From a bacterium (GTDB taxonomy: Bacteria > Electryoneota > Electryoneia > Electryoneales > Electryoneaceae), in NCBI GenBank assembly GCA_963675295.2, contig CAXXKJ010000002.1, positions 4,288,001 through 4,352,000 on the forward strand: a stretch of 64,000 nt of DNA. Reading direction: 5' to 3'. The notes below the pieces were generated by a model that worked only from the letters and a program-made list of their open reading frames with translations, ran no database searches and had not been told where the DNA came from. The translations under genes and the position numbers were made by a program. Of the stretch, positions 31,693 through 42,003 are shown piece after piece; position 1 is the stretch's first letter; every line of letters begins with the position of its first letter.

Positions 31693-33111
31693 ATGCGTAG
31701 CTTGAGCAAAGTGCTTGCAGTCATGACTCTGCTTGCGATGTTAGGTGTGTCTAACTCGTTTGCGTTGAACGTGACGATCATTGAGAGTCAGAGTTACAAT
31801 CCGTCCCACACGATGGACCTCGAGTGGCAGGCGGTCGCGACGGCGATGGGCCACACGGCGACGATTGTCCCGCAGTCGACGCTGGACACTGGCGCGTTCA
31901 TTCCGGGTACGGATGTATTGATCGTGTCCTCCGGCGTGATTCCGCTGCCGCCGCCGCGTATCGACTACATTTTCGAGTGCCTGTACGCTGGCAAAGCGGT
32001 GTACGTACAGTCGGAAGACAGCCCGAACCAGCCGGGGAATTTCGCCTGGGCTCAGGTGCTGAACATGTTTGGCGAGCCATTTGTCTGGTACGGTCCGGTT
32101 CCCGGCAATATGCGCGCCACGGTTCATGGCCCGATCGGCGCGGAATACAACGCGGTTCCGATGCTGGTTGAACTGTACGATGGTTGTGACGGATATACCA
32201 GCAATTATGTCCGCGGAACACTTCGGTTCCTCGGTGCTGAGCTCGGCTTCCTGTATAATCCCGCGAATGCTCCGTTCGCCGGTATGGCGGCGACCACCAC
32301 GGACCAGGAGTGGATCCGTCTCGGGCTGAACCCGGCCTTGATGGAAAATATCATCGACTCGATCATCGATGATATGCCGCTCGATCGCATTATCCGTATC
32401 AGCCCGAACCCGCCGGGTCCGGTGACTGTGCCGCTGGCTGGTGGTTCATTTGACTACGATGTTCAGATCAGCTATACCGATTGGGTTCCCGTGACCTTCC
32501 GCGCATGGACGCGTCTGATCCTGCCGAGCGGTGCTGTCTGGGGCACGCTGGTCGGTCCGGCGACGATTTCCTGGGCTGCCCCGACCACGACCCCGGTGTT
32601 CACCTTCACCCAGTTCATTCCGGGCTTTGCGCCGACAGGTTTGTACTTCGTGCAGGGTGTATTGGGTGATGTCTACCCTGGTTTCGCGACCTGTTTCGAC
32701 TCGGACAATTTCATGTTCCAGAAGCTGCCGGTGAGCGCCAATGGTGCTTCGACGATTGAACCGGTGACCGAGTGGAAGTCGGAAGGATCGTTCAGCGTAG
32801 CGTCGGATGAGGAATCCGCTCTTGAGCAGCCGTCCGCACTGCCGGATGAGTTCAGTGTTGGCCAGGCCTACCCGAACCCGTTCAACCCGTCGACCACGAT
32901 TGACGTGTCTCTCGCGGACGCGGCGAACCTGACTGTGACGGTGTACGACGTACAGGGGCGTGAAGTCGCGACCCTAGCCCAGGGTGCGCACACCGCCGGG
33001 TTGCATTCGTTCAGCTTTGACGCCTCCGGCCTCGCCAGCGGTGTCTATTTCCTCCGCGCGAATGTGCCGGGTCAGTTGAACGAAACCCGCAAGCTGGTTC
33101 TGATGCGATAA
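31693..33111 (+). CDS. Secreted CTD protein, tandem paralog 2 of 5
   Basis: Same architecture as paralog 1. Confidence 0.88.
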   Translation: MRSLSKVLAVMTLLAMLGVSNSFALNVTIIESQSYNPSHTMDLEWQAVATAMGHTATIVPQSTLDTGAFIPGTDVLIVSSGVIPLPPPRIDYIFECLYAGKAVYVQSEDSPNQPGNFAWAQVLNMFGEPFVWYGPVPGNMRATVHGPIGAEYNAVPMLVELYDGCDGYTSNYVRGTLRFLGAELGFLYNPANAPFAGMAATTTDQEWIRLGLNPALMENIIDSIIDDMPLDRIIRISPNPPGPVTVPLAGGSFDYDVQISYTDWVPVTFRAWTRLILPSGAVWGTLVGPATISWAAPTTTPVFTFTQFIPGFAPTGLYFVQGVLGDVYPGFATCFDSDNFMFQKLPVSANGASTIEPVTEWKSEGSFSVASDEESALEQPSALPDEFSVGQAYPNPFNPSTTIDVSLADAANLTVTVYDVQGREVATLAQGAHTAGLHSFSFDASGLASGVYFLRANVPGQLNETRKLVLMR

Positions 33112-33281
33112 CGACAGGCTGCCGCACCAGGTCATGAGTCAATGAACCCGGGGGTGCTTCCACGTGAAGCGCCCCCGTTTTATTCTGTACGTGACCTGGC
33201 ATTCGGTTCGAAAGCAAACGTACGACCGCCAGCCTATCTCCAATTATTTTCAGAAGTTACGGCTCCGCACTTGCATTTCTA

Positions 33282-33297
33282 GTTAGGATGTCCGAAC
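33282..33297. promoter_or_regulatory. Operator GTTAGG-ATGT-CCGAAC
   Basis: Lies in the spacer/-10 region downstream of TTGCAT (33271). Confidence 0.72.
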
Positions 33298-33346
33298 TTT
33301 TGTTGAAATGGGGGAATTACAGGTTGTACGAGTCAGGAGGTGAGGG

Positions 33347-34780
33347 ATGAGGAATGCATTCAAGCTCTTTGCATGGGTTACTCTGCTACTGCTGTCTATT
33401 TCATTGGTATCGTCCGCGGCGACGGTGAAGATTATCGAGAGTCCATTGTCGCCGGGTGTGGACGTGGCGTGGGAAACGGTTGCCTTGGGTCTGGGCCATA
33501 CGGCCGCGATTTTTCCCGTGTCTGATCTGGATGTTACCGGGTGGATACCGGCGACCGATGTGCTGATCATCAGCGATCCGCTGCTGCCTTATACACCATT
33601 GCAGATGGGGAATGTTGCCACCGCGATGGCATCCGGGGTCAGCATCTACATCCAATCGGAGATCGACCCGGCATTTCCGGGCAATACCATGTGGGAATTC
33701 GTGGTGAATTCCACCGGTGCCGCCGGGTTTGCATGGTTTGGCGGACCTGTCCCGGGTCCGGTGGACGCGAAGATTTTCGGTCCGGTGGCGGCGCAGTTCA
33801 ACGCCCGGAAACCGGTACTCGCCATGATGGAAGCCTGTGTTGGCGGTAGTCCGGGTCCATTTACAGGCATCGTGCCGAATCTGGAAAGCCCGTTAGGGCC
33901 AGTTGGATTTCTGTACGATGACACCGTCCTGCCGGGCGCCGGCATGGTTGCGACGAACACGGATGTCGAGTGGATCATTCCGTTTGGTCCGGACATCATG
34001 TTGATGGAAAACTACCTCAACACGCTGATCACCAATGTTGAGCTGACCAAGTTCTTCCCGATTGTTGCACCTGCCGGCCTGATCTCCATTCCGTCCTCGG
34101 GTGCCACGATCACCTATACTGTCGAACCTACCAACATCGGCCTCAGCGTATTTCCGACGATTCTGTGGGTCCGGGCCATTCTGCCGAGTGGTGCCGTTTA
34201 TCCGCCGCCGCTTGCCGGGCCGGTTGCCTTGCTGATCCCCGCCATGACGTCGTTGGGACCGGTATCGTTGGCGATGAGCGTTCCGGCTTTCGCACCACCC
34301 GGATTGTATTTCATCCAGAACATGATGACTGCAGGTTTCCCGGGTATCGGGCTGGTGTACGATACCGATTTCTTCATGATTGAAAAAATGGTGATCGGAC
34401 CGGACGATGCGACACCGGCACCGGGCGACGGTGAGATCCTCTCCACCCATGGCGAACTCACCTTCCCGGCGGCAGCGTCGGCAGAGATCGACCAACCGGT
34501 ACATGAACTACCGCAGCAGTTTGCCGTCGGTCAGGCGTATCCGAACCCGTTTAACCCGTCCACCACGATCGACGTCTCCCTCGCGGACGCGGCGAATCTG
34601 ACGGTGACGGTCTTTGACGTGCAGGGCCGGGAAGTCGCGACCCTAGCCCAGGGTGCGCACACCGCCGGGTTGCATTCGTTCAGCTTTGACGCCTCCGGTC
34701 TCGCCAGCGGTGTCTATTTCCTCCGCGCGAATGTGCCGGGTCAGTTGAACGAAACCCGCAAGCTCGTCCTGATGCGGTAA
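33347..34780 (+). CDS. Secreted CTD protein, tandem paralog 3 of 5
   Basis: Same architecture; CTD nearly identical to paralog 2. Confidence 0.88.
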   Translation: MRNAFKLFAWVTLLLLSISLVSSAATVKIIESPLSPGVDVAWETVALGLGHTAAIFPVSDLDVTGWIPATDVLIISDPLLPYTPLQMGNVATAMASGVSIYIQSEIDPAFPGNTMWEFVVNSTGAAGFAWFGGPVPGPVDAKIFGPVAAQFNARKPVLAMMEACVGGSPGPFTGIVPNLESPLGPVGFLYDDTVLPGAGMVATNTDVEWIIPFGPDIMLMENYLNTLITNVELTKFFPIVAPAGLISIPSSGATITYTVEPTNIGLSVFPTILWVRAILPSGAVYPPPLAGPVALLIPAMTSLGPVSLAMSVPAFAPPGLYFIQNMMTAGFPGIGLVYDTDFFMIEKMVIGPDDATPAPGDGEILSTHGELTFPAAASAEIDQPVHELPQQFAVGQAYPNPFNPSTTIDVSLADAANLTVTVFDVQGREVATLAQGAHTAGLHSFSFDASGLASGVYFLRANVPGQLNETRKLVLMR

Positions 34781-35004
34781 GATTGGTTCGTAGTCTATGT
34801 AAGAACGCGGCCATGTCAGATAGTTTCAGACACGGCCGCGTTGCTCTCCCATGCCGACTCCTCCCCCTCCTTCGGTATCGGTTGTCAGCTGCTCATCACG
34901 TTCTACATTTCCCCACACTTTCACCATCGCCCCAACTCGGTCTCCTCTCCCGACTTCCATGATGTGCTCCCCATCAACTCACGACCTGGCTCCTCGCATA
35001 TATT

Positions 35005-35020
35005 GTTAGGCAAGCTTAAC
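35005..35020. promoter_or_regulatory. Operator GTTAGG-CAAG-CTTAAC
   Basis: Extends to TTGTTAGGCAAGCTTAACAA; upstream of paralog 4. Confidence 0.72.
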
Positions 35021-35186
35021 AAACACCATAGTGGGCGCCCGCAAATCCGCTACACCTGCAGGGACAAGGCGTCACAAACATGTATCACAAACACCCCGGA
35101 TCCTGCGACTCCAGATATGGAGTTCGGAGATCCTGACACATATCAAACAGAGCCACCGAACATGGGCAAAGAGAGAGGGAGTTACC

Positions 35187-36605
35187 ATGAAACACCTTAT
35201 CACATGCGTGATCCTGCTGCTGGCAGTGACCGCACTTCTGGGCGTGAGTGTTTCTCACGCCGCCAACATCCTGATCGTAGAGTCGCAAAGTTACAGCACC
35301 GCACAGAATCAGGACACTCAGTGGCAGATCGCTGCCACCAACATGGGCCATTCTGCGACGATCGTCCCGCAAACCACCCTGGACAACACCGGCTTCATCG
35401 CGACCACTGACCTGCTGATCGTCTCCTCCGGCGTCATCACGTTACCGGCGAATCGTGTAGCCAGCATTCAGGCGATGATGGAGGCGGGCAAGCCGGTCTA
35501 CCTGCAGTGTGAGTACCCGATGACAGTCACCACAACGCAGGCGTTCGAGGACATTGTCAACAATCTCGGCTATCCGTTCACTTCCTTCAGTTGGCTGGGG
35601 TAGACCATTTCCACAATTCCCCCGGTTCAGATCAATGGTACGTTGGCGACCACACCGAACTTCGTCAACTCATTAACCACCTTCTCCAATGGTGTTTACG
35701 GCAGTGGCGGATTCAGCATCGTCAACGACATGTATTCGAATTTTAACACGTACGGCTACACGTTCTACCCCCCGAACGGTTCTTACGGCATGATGTGCTG
35801 CTCAACGGATCAGGATTGGACGATTGTCGACCCACAGCGCATCAACCTGATGGAGAATTACATCTACCGGCTGTTTGCGTATTCCCCGGGCGGTCCGGTC
35901 TGGATCGGGGTTGCACCCTTAAACACGCAGATCCCGGCTGGCGGAGGTACGTTGAACTACCTCGCGCAGATCACCAACGGTAGCGGATCGACATGGACGG
36001 GTGACGCCTGGACCAACGTGATCCTTCCGAACGGCAATTTCCTCGGAAATGCGCTGATGGTCCGTCCGAACTTGACCTTCCCTGATGGGACCGTCACCCC
36101 GGTTTACTCGCTAAGCCAGTATGTGCCCAGTTTCGCACCGGCGGGCCATTACCAGTTCTTCGCCTTCCTCGGAACGTATCCGACCAACGTCGAAACAAGC
36201 TGGCATTTCGACATGTACAAGCTGGTGATCGCGCCGGATGATGTCCCCGCGGAACCGTCACTCAACGACACGTGGCACGGCGACAACTGGTCTGCCGTCG
36301 CAAATGAATTCACAGAGCAGCCGATTGAAACGGCGCTTCCCGAACAGTTCCAGCTTGGCGATCCGTACCCGAACCCGTTCAACCCGAGCACAACGATCGA
36401 GCTTAGTCTGCCGGAAACACGGAACTTGAGCGTGGTGGTGTATGACGTGCAGGGGCGTGAAGTCGCGACTCTGGCGCAGGGGAATTACCATGCGGGTGAG
36501 CACCGGTTCAGCTTCGATGCACGAGGTCTCGCCAGCGGGATTTACTTCCTTCGCGCGCAGTCTGGTTCGGAGATGCAGACCCGGAAGCTGATGCTGCTGC
36601 ACTAA
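35187..36605 (+). pseudogene. Secreted CTD protein, tandem paralog 4 of 5, interrupted by in-frame TAG at 35601-35603 (472 aa if read through)
   Basis: ORFs 35031-35603 and 35643-36605 share a frame; FSWLG*TISTIPPVQING aligns without gaps to FNWQQSYFGDLVPMQITG of paralog 5. Confidence 0.8.
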
Positions 36606-36857
36606 ACGAGGTGAGAGAGCCGGGTTCGTGGGTGAGCTGTGATCTGCCGCACTCGCGGCGGCGATCAAGGCTAACCCATTGTTAAAGTGAAAGATAAACA
36701 GGTTGTTAGGTGAAGCTGGCAACCTGTTTTCTGTTTTTTCGGGCTCTGTCTCTCATGGAGACACGATTGGGGGTTGTTCTGCGAGAGAATTTCCGGACAA
36801 TTTCTCGTACATCTGGTCATACACAACATCCGTAGTTCCCTAACATGAGAGAGGACC

Positions 36858-38249
36858 ATGAAGAAATTATCGATCTTTGCGATCGCAATGGGACTGTTGT
36901 TCGTCGCCGGTATGGCTACAGCGGCAAATATTGCGATCATCGAAAGCCAGAGTGCAAACCCGGCTTTCCACCAGGATGAAATCTGGCAGGACGTGGCCCA
37001 GGGACTTGGCCACACGGCTTTCATTTACCAGCAATCGTACCTCGATGAGCCGAACAACGCGCACGACATCGATTTGCTGATCATCTCGTCCGGTGTCATC
37101 GACATCCCGCAGCAGCGGAAGGCATACATCCGCGAGTTCCTGCGCATGGGCACCCCGGTGTACCTGCAGTGCGAATATGACGCCAGCTTTGGTTCGAACG
37201 AAACCTGGGTCGCTTTGGTGCAGGCGATGGGCGGCATCTTCAACTGGCAGCAGAGTTACTTTGGCGACCTCGTCCCGATGCAGATCACCGGTGACCTGGC
37301 GACGGCGTACAACAACGTCTACACCATCAACGAGTATTTCGTGAATGGTTGTGCCGGCTTCGGTGGCTACAGTGTCGTGACGAACATGGAATACCAGAAC
37401 CATGCGTATGGCTGGTATTTCGATCCGCCGAACACTGATTTTGCCGCGTTGGCGACCAACACCGACCGCAACTGGATCCTGCAGGGCGATGGTACGTCGT
37501 TGATGGAAAACTACATCGAGCTGCTGCTTGCGGACACGGTGACGGTTCCGGTGCTGAACGTGGAGCCGGTCGGTTCGACCGTGATCCCCGCGTCCGGGGG
37601 TGTGTTGCACGCGGAAGCTCAGGTCATCAACAACAGCAACAGCTTCCTCAACGTCGACTTCTGGACCCGTGTGATCCTGCCGAGCGGCACGCCCTACGGC
37701 CCGCTCTTCCGTCAAACGGATAAGACGTTTGACGTCGGCTTCGTCTCGCCGTGGTATCCGCTGACCCAGATGATTCCGTTCAGCGCGCCGGCTGGTACGT
37801 ACCAGTACCAGGTCGTGATGGGCAACTTCGACTACCTCACTGAGTATGCGGTGGATGGTTTCGAGTGGACCAAGTCGGCGACCGGCACGGATGCCGTCTA
37901 CCAGGACTGGGCCGCCAGCGGTTTTGGCATGATGGACGCGAACACCGCGGCGACGGTTGACGAAAACGACGCCCTCCCGCTGCCGAACGAGTTCACGCTC
38001 AGCGATCCGTATCCGAACCCGTTCAACCCGTCCACGACGATCAACGTGTCGTTGGCAGAAACCGCGCCGCTTCAAGTCGCGGTGTATGATCTGCAGGGCC
38101 GGGTTGTGAGCACGTTGGCGAGCGGCACCTACATCGCCGGCAGCCACACGTTCAGCTTCGAGGCCCACGATCTCGCCAGTGGAGTGTACTTCGTGCAGGC
38201 GCAGACGAACGGGCTGGTTCAGACCCGCAAGCTGGTGCTGATGAAGTAG
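36858..38249 (+). CDS. Secreted CTD protein, tandem paralog 5 of 5
   Basis: Same architecture. Confidence 0.88.
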   Translation: MKKLSIFAIAMGLLFVAGMATAANIAIIESQSANPAFHQDEIWQDVAQGLGHTAFIYQQSYLDEPNNAHDIDLLIISSGVIDIPQQRKAYIREFLRMGTPVYLQCEYDASFGSNETWVALVQAMGGIFNWQQSYFGDLVPMQITGDLATAYNNVYTINEYFVNGCAGFGGYSVVTNMEYQNHAYGWYFDPPNTDFAALATNTDRNWILQGDGTSLMENYIELLLADTVTVPVLNVEPVGSTVIPASGGVLHAEAQVINNSNSFLNVDFWTRVILPSGTPYGPLFRQTDKTFDVGFVSPWYPLTQMIPFSAPAGTYQYQVVMGNFDYLTEYAVDGFEWTKSATGTDAVYQDWAASGFGMMDANTAATVDENDALPLPNEFTLSDPYPNPFNPSTTINVSLAETAPLQVAVYDLQGRVVSTLASGTYIAGSHTFSFEAHDLASGVYFVQAQTNGLVQTRKLVLMK

Positions 38250-38280
38250 GAAGACAGTCCTGAGTCTTGAGAAACACAAC

Positions 38281-38317
38281 ACGGGAACGCTTTGATCAGA
38301 AAGCGTTCCCGTTTTTA
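38281..38317 (+). terminator. Intrinsic terminator at the end of the array
   Basis: ACGGGAACGCTTT-gatcag-AAAGCGTTCCCGT followed by a T-run. Confidence 0.85.
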
Positions 38318-38369
38318 CTCCTTCACAGCGGTTACAGCGGTGTGATGCCCATCCAGCTCCACCTCTACG

Positions 38370-38824
38370 GAATCCGCTGCACTCTCAGCCCGCCGCGTAG
38401 CGGCGAGGGGTGGATAGCGTGTGGCTTCCTCAGCGACGAGAGCTGCACCCAGCCGCCTCCCAGCCGAATCCGCTACACTCTCAGCCCGCCGCGTAGCGGC
38501 GATGGGTGGGTACCGTTTGGCTTCCTCAGCGACGAGAGCTACACCCAGCCGCCTCCCAGCCGAATCCGCTGCACTCTCAGCCCGCCGCGTAGCGGCGAGG
38601 GGTGGATAGCGTGTGGCTTCCTCAGCGACGAGAGCTGCACCCAGCCGCCTCCCAGCCGAATCCGCTACACTCTCAGCCCGCCGCGTAGCGGCGATGGGTG
38701 GGTACCGTTTGGCTTCCTCAGCGACGAGAGCTACACCCAGCCGCCTCCCAGCCGAATCCGCTACACTCTCAGCCCGCCGTGTAGCGGCGATGGGTGGATA
38801 GCGTGTGGCTTCAGCCACACGAAC
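38370..38824. repeat. 96-bp tandem repeat, about 4.6 units, A-B-A-B pattern (192-bp higher-order unit), built from a REP-like element
   Basis: Units start at 38370, 38466, 38562, 38658, 38754; ends in CGTGTGGCTTCAGCCACACG hairpin. Confidence 0.93.
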
Positions 38825-39051
38825 GGACGCCTCCCCCCTTCCCCCCGCCTTGCCACTAGCCGCCCGTCCTGTAGGGACGGCGCACCCAGACGCACTTTTC
38901 GGGCATTCACTCGAACCGGCACCCATCCTTTCTGCCAAACGCGACTCACCCCATCGCCTTCTCCAACCCACCACCCAACCCGTGACATCCCGATCTACCG
39001 CCACCAAAATGAAAAACCCATGCTCGCTTGCGAACACGGGTCTGGATTTTC

Positions 39052-39253
39052 CTCAAGACTCAGATCTCGAGTCCTTCATCTTTGCCTCAAATCTCAGATC
39101 TCAGATCTCAAGTCCCTTGTCTTTGTCTCAGGACTCAGGTCTCAGGTCTCAGGTCACAGGTCTTAAGTCCTTTGTCTCAGGACTCAAGTCTCACATCTCA
39201 AGTCCTTTGTCTTTGTCTTTTTCTCAGGACTCAGGACTCAAGACTCAGGACTG
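39052..39253. repeat. Degenerate heptamer tract (TCTCAGG/TCTCAAG/ACTCAGG)n
   Basis: Read directly; lies immediately 3' of the TonB-dependent receptor. Confidence 0.85.
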
Positions 39254-39261
39254 CCTTTCGA

Positions 39262-41754
39262 TCACATCCCGCCTTCGTCGTCGAATCCGTTGTCCATCAT
39301 CCCACCGGGCTGCCGTTTCTGGCGTTCATCCTGGTTGAACCGGTAGGTGAGGTTGAGCATGAACGTGCGTCCGCGCCACTGGAATTCCGAATCCGAATAG
39401 AACGTGTCGGTGGTGGTTTTCATGTTGCGTTTGCGCGTGTCGAACAGGTCGCGCACATTGAACGCGAGCGTCAGGTTGTTGTCCAGGAAATTCTGGCTGA
39501 GGCCGAGATCCAGCGCGTAGATCGGATCGCGTTCAGATTGCAGCAATTCACGCGGGCCCATGTAAAAGAACCGCAGCTGCAACTGGGAGGTCTTGGTGAA
39601 CTGCCAGCGGGTGCTCGCGCGGGAAAACCAAGTGAGGAATTCACGGTCATACGACACCCCACCGAACGAGCCACTCGATTGCGACTGGTAGATGTTCATG
39701 CTGGCCTGCATGTTCAGCCGCTTCATCAGCTGATACATCACCTCGAACTCGAAGCCGTAGTGGTCGGCGTCCCCGATATTGTACGGCTGCGAAACGATCA
39801 CATCACCTTCCGTTGTCTCGAACCACTCAATCACACCGGTCGAGTGCCGGTAGTAGACACTGCTGCTGACCGATCCCTTGTCGGTGTGGAACAGGTGGCC
39901 GATCTCGAAGCTGTTCGAGTACTCCGGATCGAGGTTCGGGTTGCCGCGACGGATGTTCCGGCTGTCGGTGTAGTTCCAGAACGGAATCAGGAACCAGTGA
40001 TGCGGTCGCATCAGCCGCCGCGAATAACTCGCTTGGATCGAGTTGACCGGGGTGATTTCGTAAGTCAGGAACGCGGACGGGAACAGATCAAAGTAGTCGC
40101 GTTCGTTGATTTCGTTCGTCTCACGGTACTCGGTGGTAATGTCGGAATACTCACCGCGCAGGCCGATCTGGTAGGACCACGTGTCGTTCAGCAGATTCGA
40201 GAAGGTGAAGTACCCGGCATAGATGTTCTCATCGTAAATCAGGTGATTGCTGACATCCACCGTCGTGCCGGTGCCGCCTTCGATCACTTCGTAGTCGTGA
40301 TCCAGCTCTCGCATGTTGCCCTTGACACCCGCCTCGATCTTGTGCTTCTCGCTGTACGGGTGCACATAATCGAGTTGGAACAGGTGCCGGGTTTCGCCCT
40401 CGAGGTTGTCCACGTATTCGACGAGATCGTTGTCCGGGCCTACGAGCACGTCTTCCGTGATGACGGACAGCTCGTTCTCCGACCCGGTCTCGAACTGGTA
40501 GTCGGCGGTGAATTCGTGGCCCTTGGTGTCAAACAGGTGCCGGTAGCCGAAGTCGAAACCGTTATAACGTTCCGTCTCCTCTTCCGGGTTGTTGCGGTAG
40601 ATGTCGGATGCCAACACGCCGTTGTCGTCGAAGTAACGGTAGTGCACGTAGGCATCGGTCTCATCCTCGCCGTAGTCGTTGAACGCCGACACGGTCACCG
40701 TATTCTTGTCATCGTGCATGTATTCGAAGCCGAAGCGGACGTAGTTGCTCCAGCCGGACCGGTCAAATTCTTCGTCCTCGTCCAACGTCGCGAACGGGGC
40801 ATCGGGGCTGTAGTATTCCTGGTACGTCGACCCGCCACCGTCATGGCTGCGATACCGTAGTTGCTCGTTGATGAAGTAGTTCATCTTGCCGGTGCGGTAG
40901 TTCAGGTTGAATCCACCGCCGTAGCCTTCGGGGATCGAGCCGGACACGTTCACCGACCCGTTCACACCCTTTTCCCGTTCCTGCTTCAGGATGATGTTCA
41001 GAATGCCGGCGTCGCCCTGGGCATCGTACTTCGCGGACGGATTGGTCATCACTTCGACACGATCCACCATCTCCGCGGAAAGCTGCTGCAACGCTTCGCC
41101 CGGATCGAGACCGACACGGGTGGACGGCTTCCCGTTAATCAGGATGCGCACGTTGCTGTTGCCTCGCAGACTGACCGTGCCCTCGAGGTCGACGGTAACC
41201 GAGGGGATTTCCTCGAGTGCGTCCGCGACCGTACCGCCGGCATCCGCAACGCTGGAGCTGATGCGGTAGATCTTGCGATCCGGCGCGAGGGTCACCTCTG
41301 TGCTTTCCACACGCAGCTCGACCTCTTCCAGTTCGAGTGTGGTGGAATTGAGCGTCAACTTCCCGAGATTGACACGCGGCGACTCTTCGTTGATCTCAAT
41401 ATTCTCAACCAGCACCTGGTTGTAGCCAAGCGCGCGAATGAGCAGGTCGTACGTTCCTTCCGGCACCGCCATGATGCGGAATCCGCCGTCATCCTCGGAC
41501 GCAGCACCTCGCACGGCGGCATCGTTGTCTACGGTCTCACCTTCGTGCAGCACCCCGTCCGGAAACAGCATGATATTCGCGCCGGGGATCGGCATGTCGG
41601 CGTCATTGTCGGACACACTCCCCATGATCATCCACATCCGAGGCGAGGCGTCGCCAGCGGTCTGCGGCTGAACTTGCGCAAACAGCGTATTTGAGACACC
41701 AAAAAAGAAACCGGCCAGCAAAACGATCGTCAGGACCGGTGAGTTGCGGTGCAT
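39262..41754 (-). CDS. TonB-dependent outer-membrane receptor (CarboxypepD_reg-like N-domain, plug, beta-barrel)
   Basis: IPSVTVD..G.VSLRG, EVMTNPSAKYDA, GNPNLDPE, terminal LTYRF. Confidence 0.9.
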   Translation of the reverse strand: MHRNSPVLTIVLLAGFFFGVSNTLFAQVQPQTAGDASPRMWMIMGSVSDNDADMPIPGANIMLFPDGVLHEGETVDNDAAVRGAASEDDGGFRIMAVPEGTYDLLIRALGYNQVLVENIEINEESPRVNLGKLTLNSTTLELEEVELRVESTEVTLAPDRKIYRISSSVADAGGTVADALEEIPSVTVDLEGTVSLRGNSNVRILINGKPSTRVGLDPGEALQQLSAEMVDRVEVMTNPSAKYDAQGDAGILNIILKQEREKGVNGSVNVSGSIPEGYGGGFNLNYRTGKMNYFINEQLRYRSHDGGGSTYQEYYSPDAPFATLDEDEEFDRSGWSNYVRFGFEYMHDDKNTVTVSAFNDYGEDETDAYVHYRYFDDNGVLASDIYRNNPEEETERYNGFDFGYRHLFDTKGHEFTADYQFETGSENELSVITEDVLVGPDNDLVEYVDNLEGETRHLFQLDYVHPYSEKHKIEAGVKGNMRELDHDYEVIEGGTGTTVDVSNHLIYDENIYAGYFTFSNLLNDTWSYQIGLRGEYSDITTEYRETNEINERDYFDLFPSAFLTYEITPVNSIQASYSRRLMRPHHWFLIPFWNYTDSRNIRRGNPNLDPEYSNSFEIGHLFHTDKGSVSSSVYYRHSTGVIEWFETTEGDVIVSQPYNIGDADHYGFEFEVMYQLMKRLNMQASMNIYQSQSSGSFGGVSYDREFLTWFSRASTRWQFTKTSQLQLRFFYMGPRELLQSERDPIYALDLGLSQNFLDNNLTLAFNVRDLFDTRKRNMKTTTDTFYSDSEFQWRGRTFMLNLTYRFNQDERQKRQPGGMMDNGFDDEGGM

Positions 41755-41986
41755 GGAATCCGTCTCCCAATTTATCATGAATAAAATCAAGCCTTTCGCT
41801 TCACGAAAACCTGTCGGTTCTCGAGTATGCTATATAGACGATGAACAGCCTGAAATGTTTAACTCCCCCGGAGCCAGCATCGCCGAATCCTGAGCAAAGC
41901 GTGGAAACCCGAAAAACTTCCTCTACTTAGTCGCAGTTTTACTTGCGAATCTTGAGAATGTTCACCATATTGCCCGGCGCAGTTAA

Positions 41987-42002
41987 GTTCGGCATTCCTA
42001 AC
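41987..42002. promoter_or_regulatory. Operator GTTCGG-CATT-CCTAAC
   Basis: Reverse complement equals GTTAGG-N4-CCGAAC as at 6985 and 33282. Confidence 0.68.
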
Positions 42003-42003
42003 G

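Noticed and set aside
29988-38249. Diversity-generating retroelement acting on the paralog array
   Set aside because: No reverse transcriptase here; the near-identical tract differs by one C/T change, not adenine-specific substitutions
38370-38824. CRISPR array
   Set aside because: Whole 96-bp units repeat with no unique spacers; no cas genes in the window
38267-39166. Repeat-protein ORFs (38267-39166 +, 38315-39037 -)
   Set aside because: Open only because the repeat unit is 96 nt; one overlaps a terminator, both overlap REP hairpins; no convincing RBS
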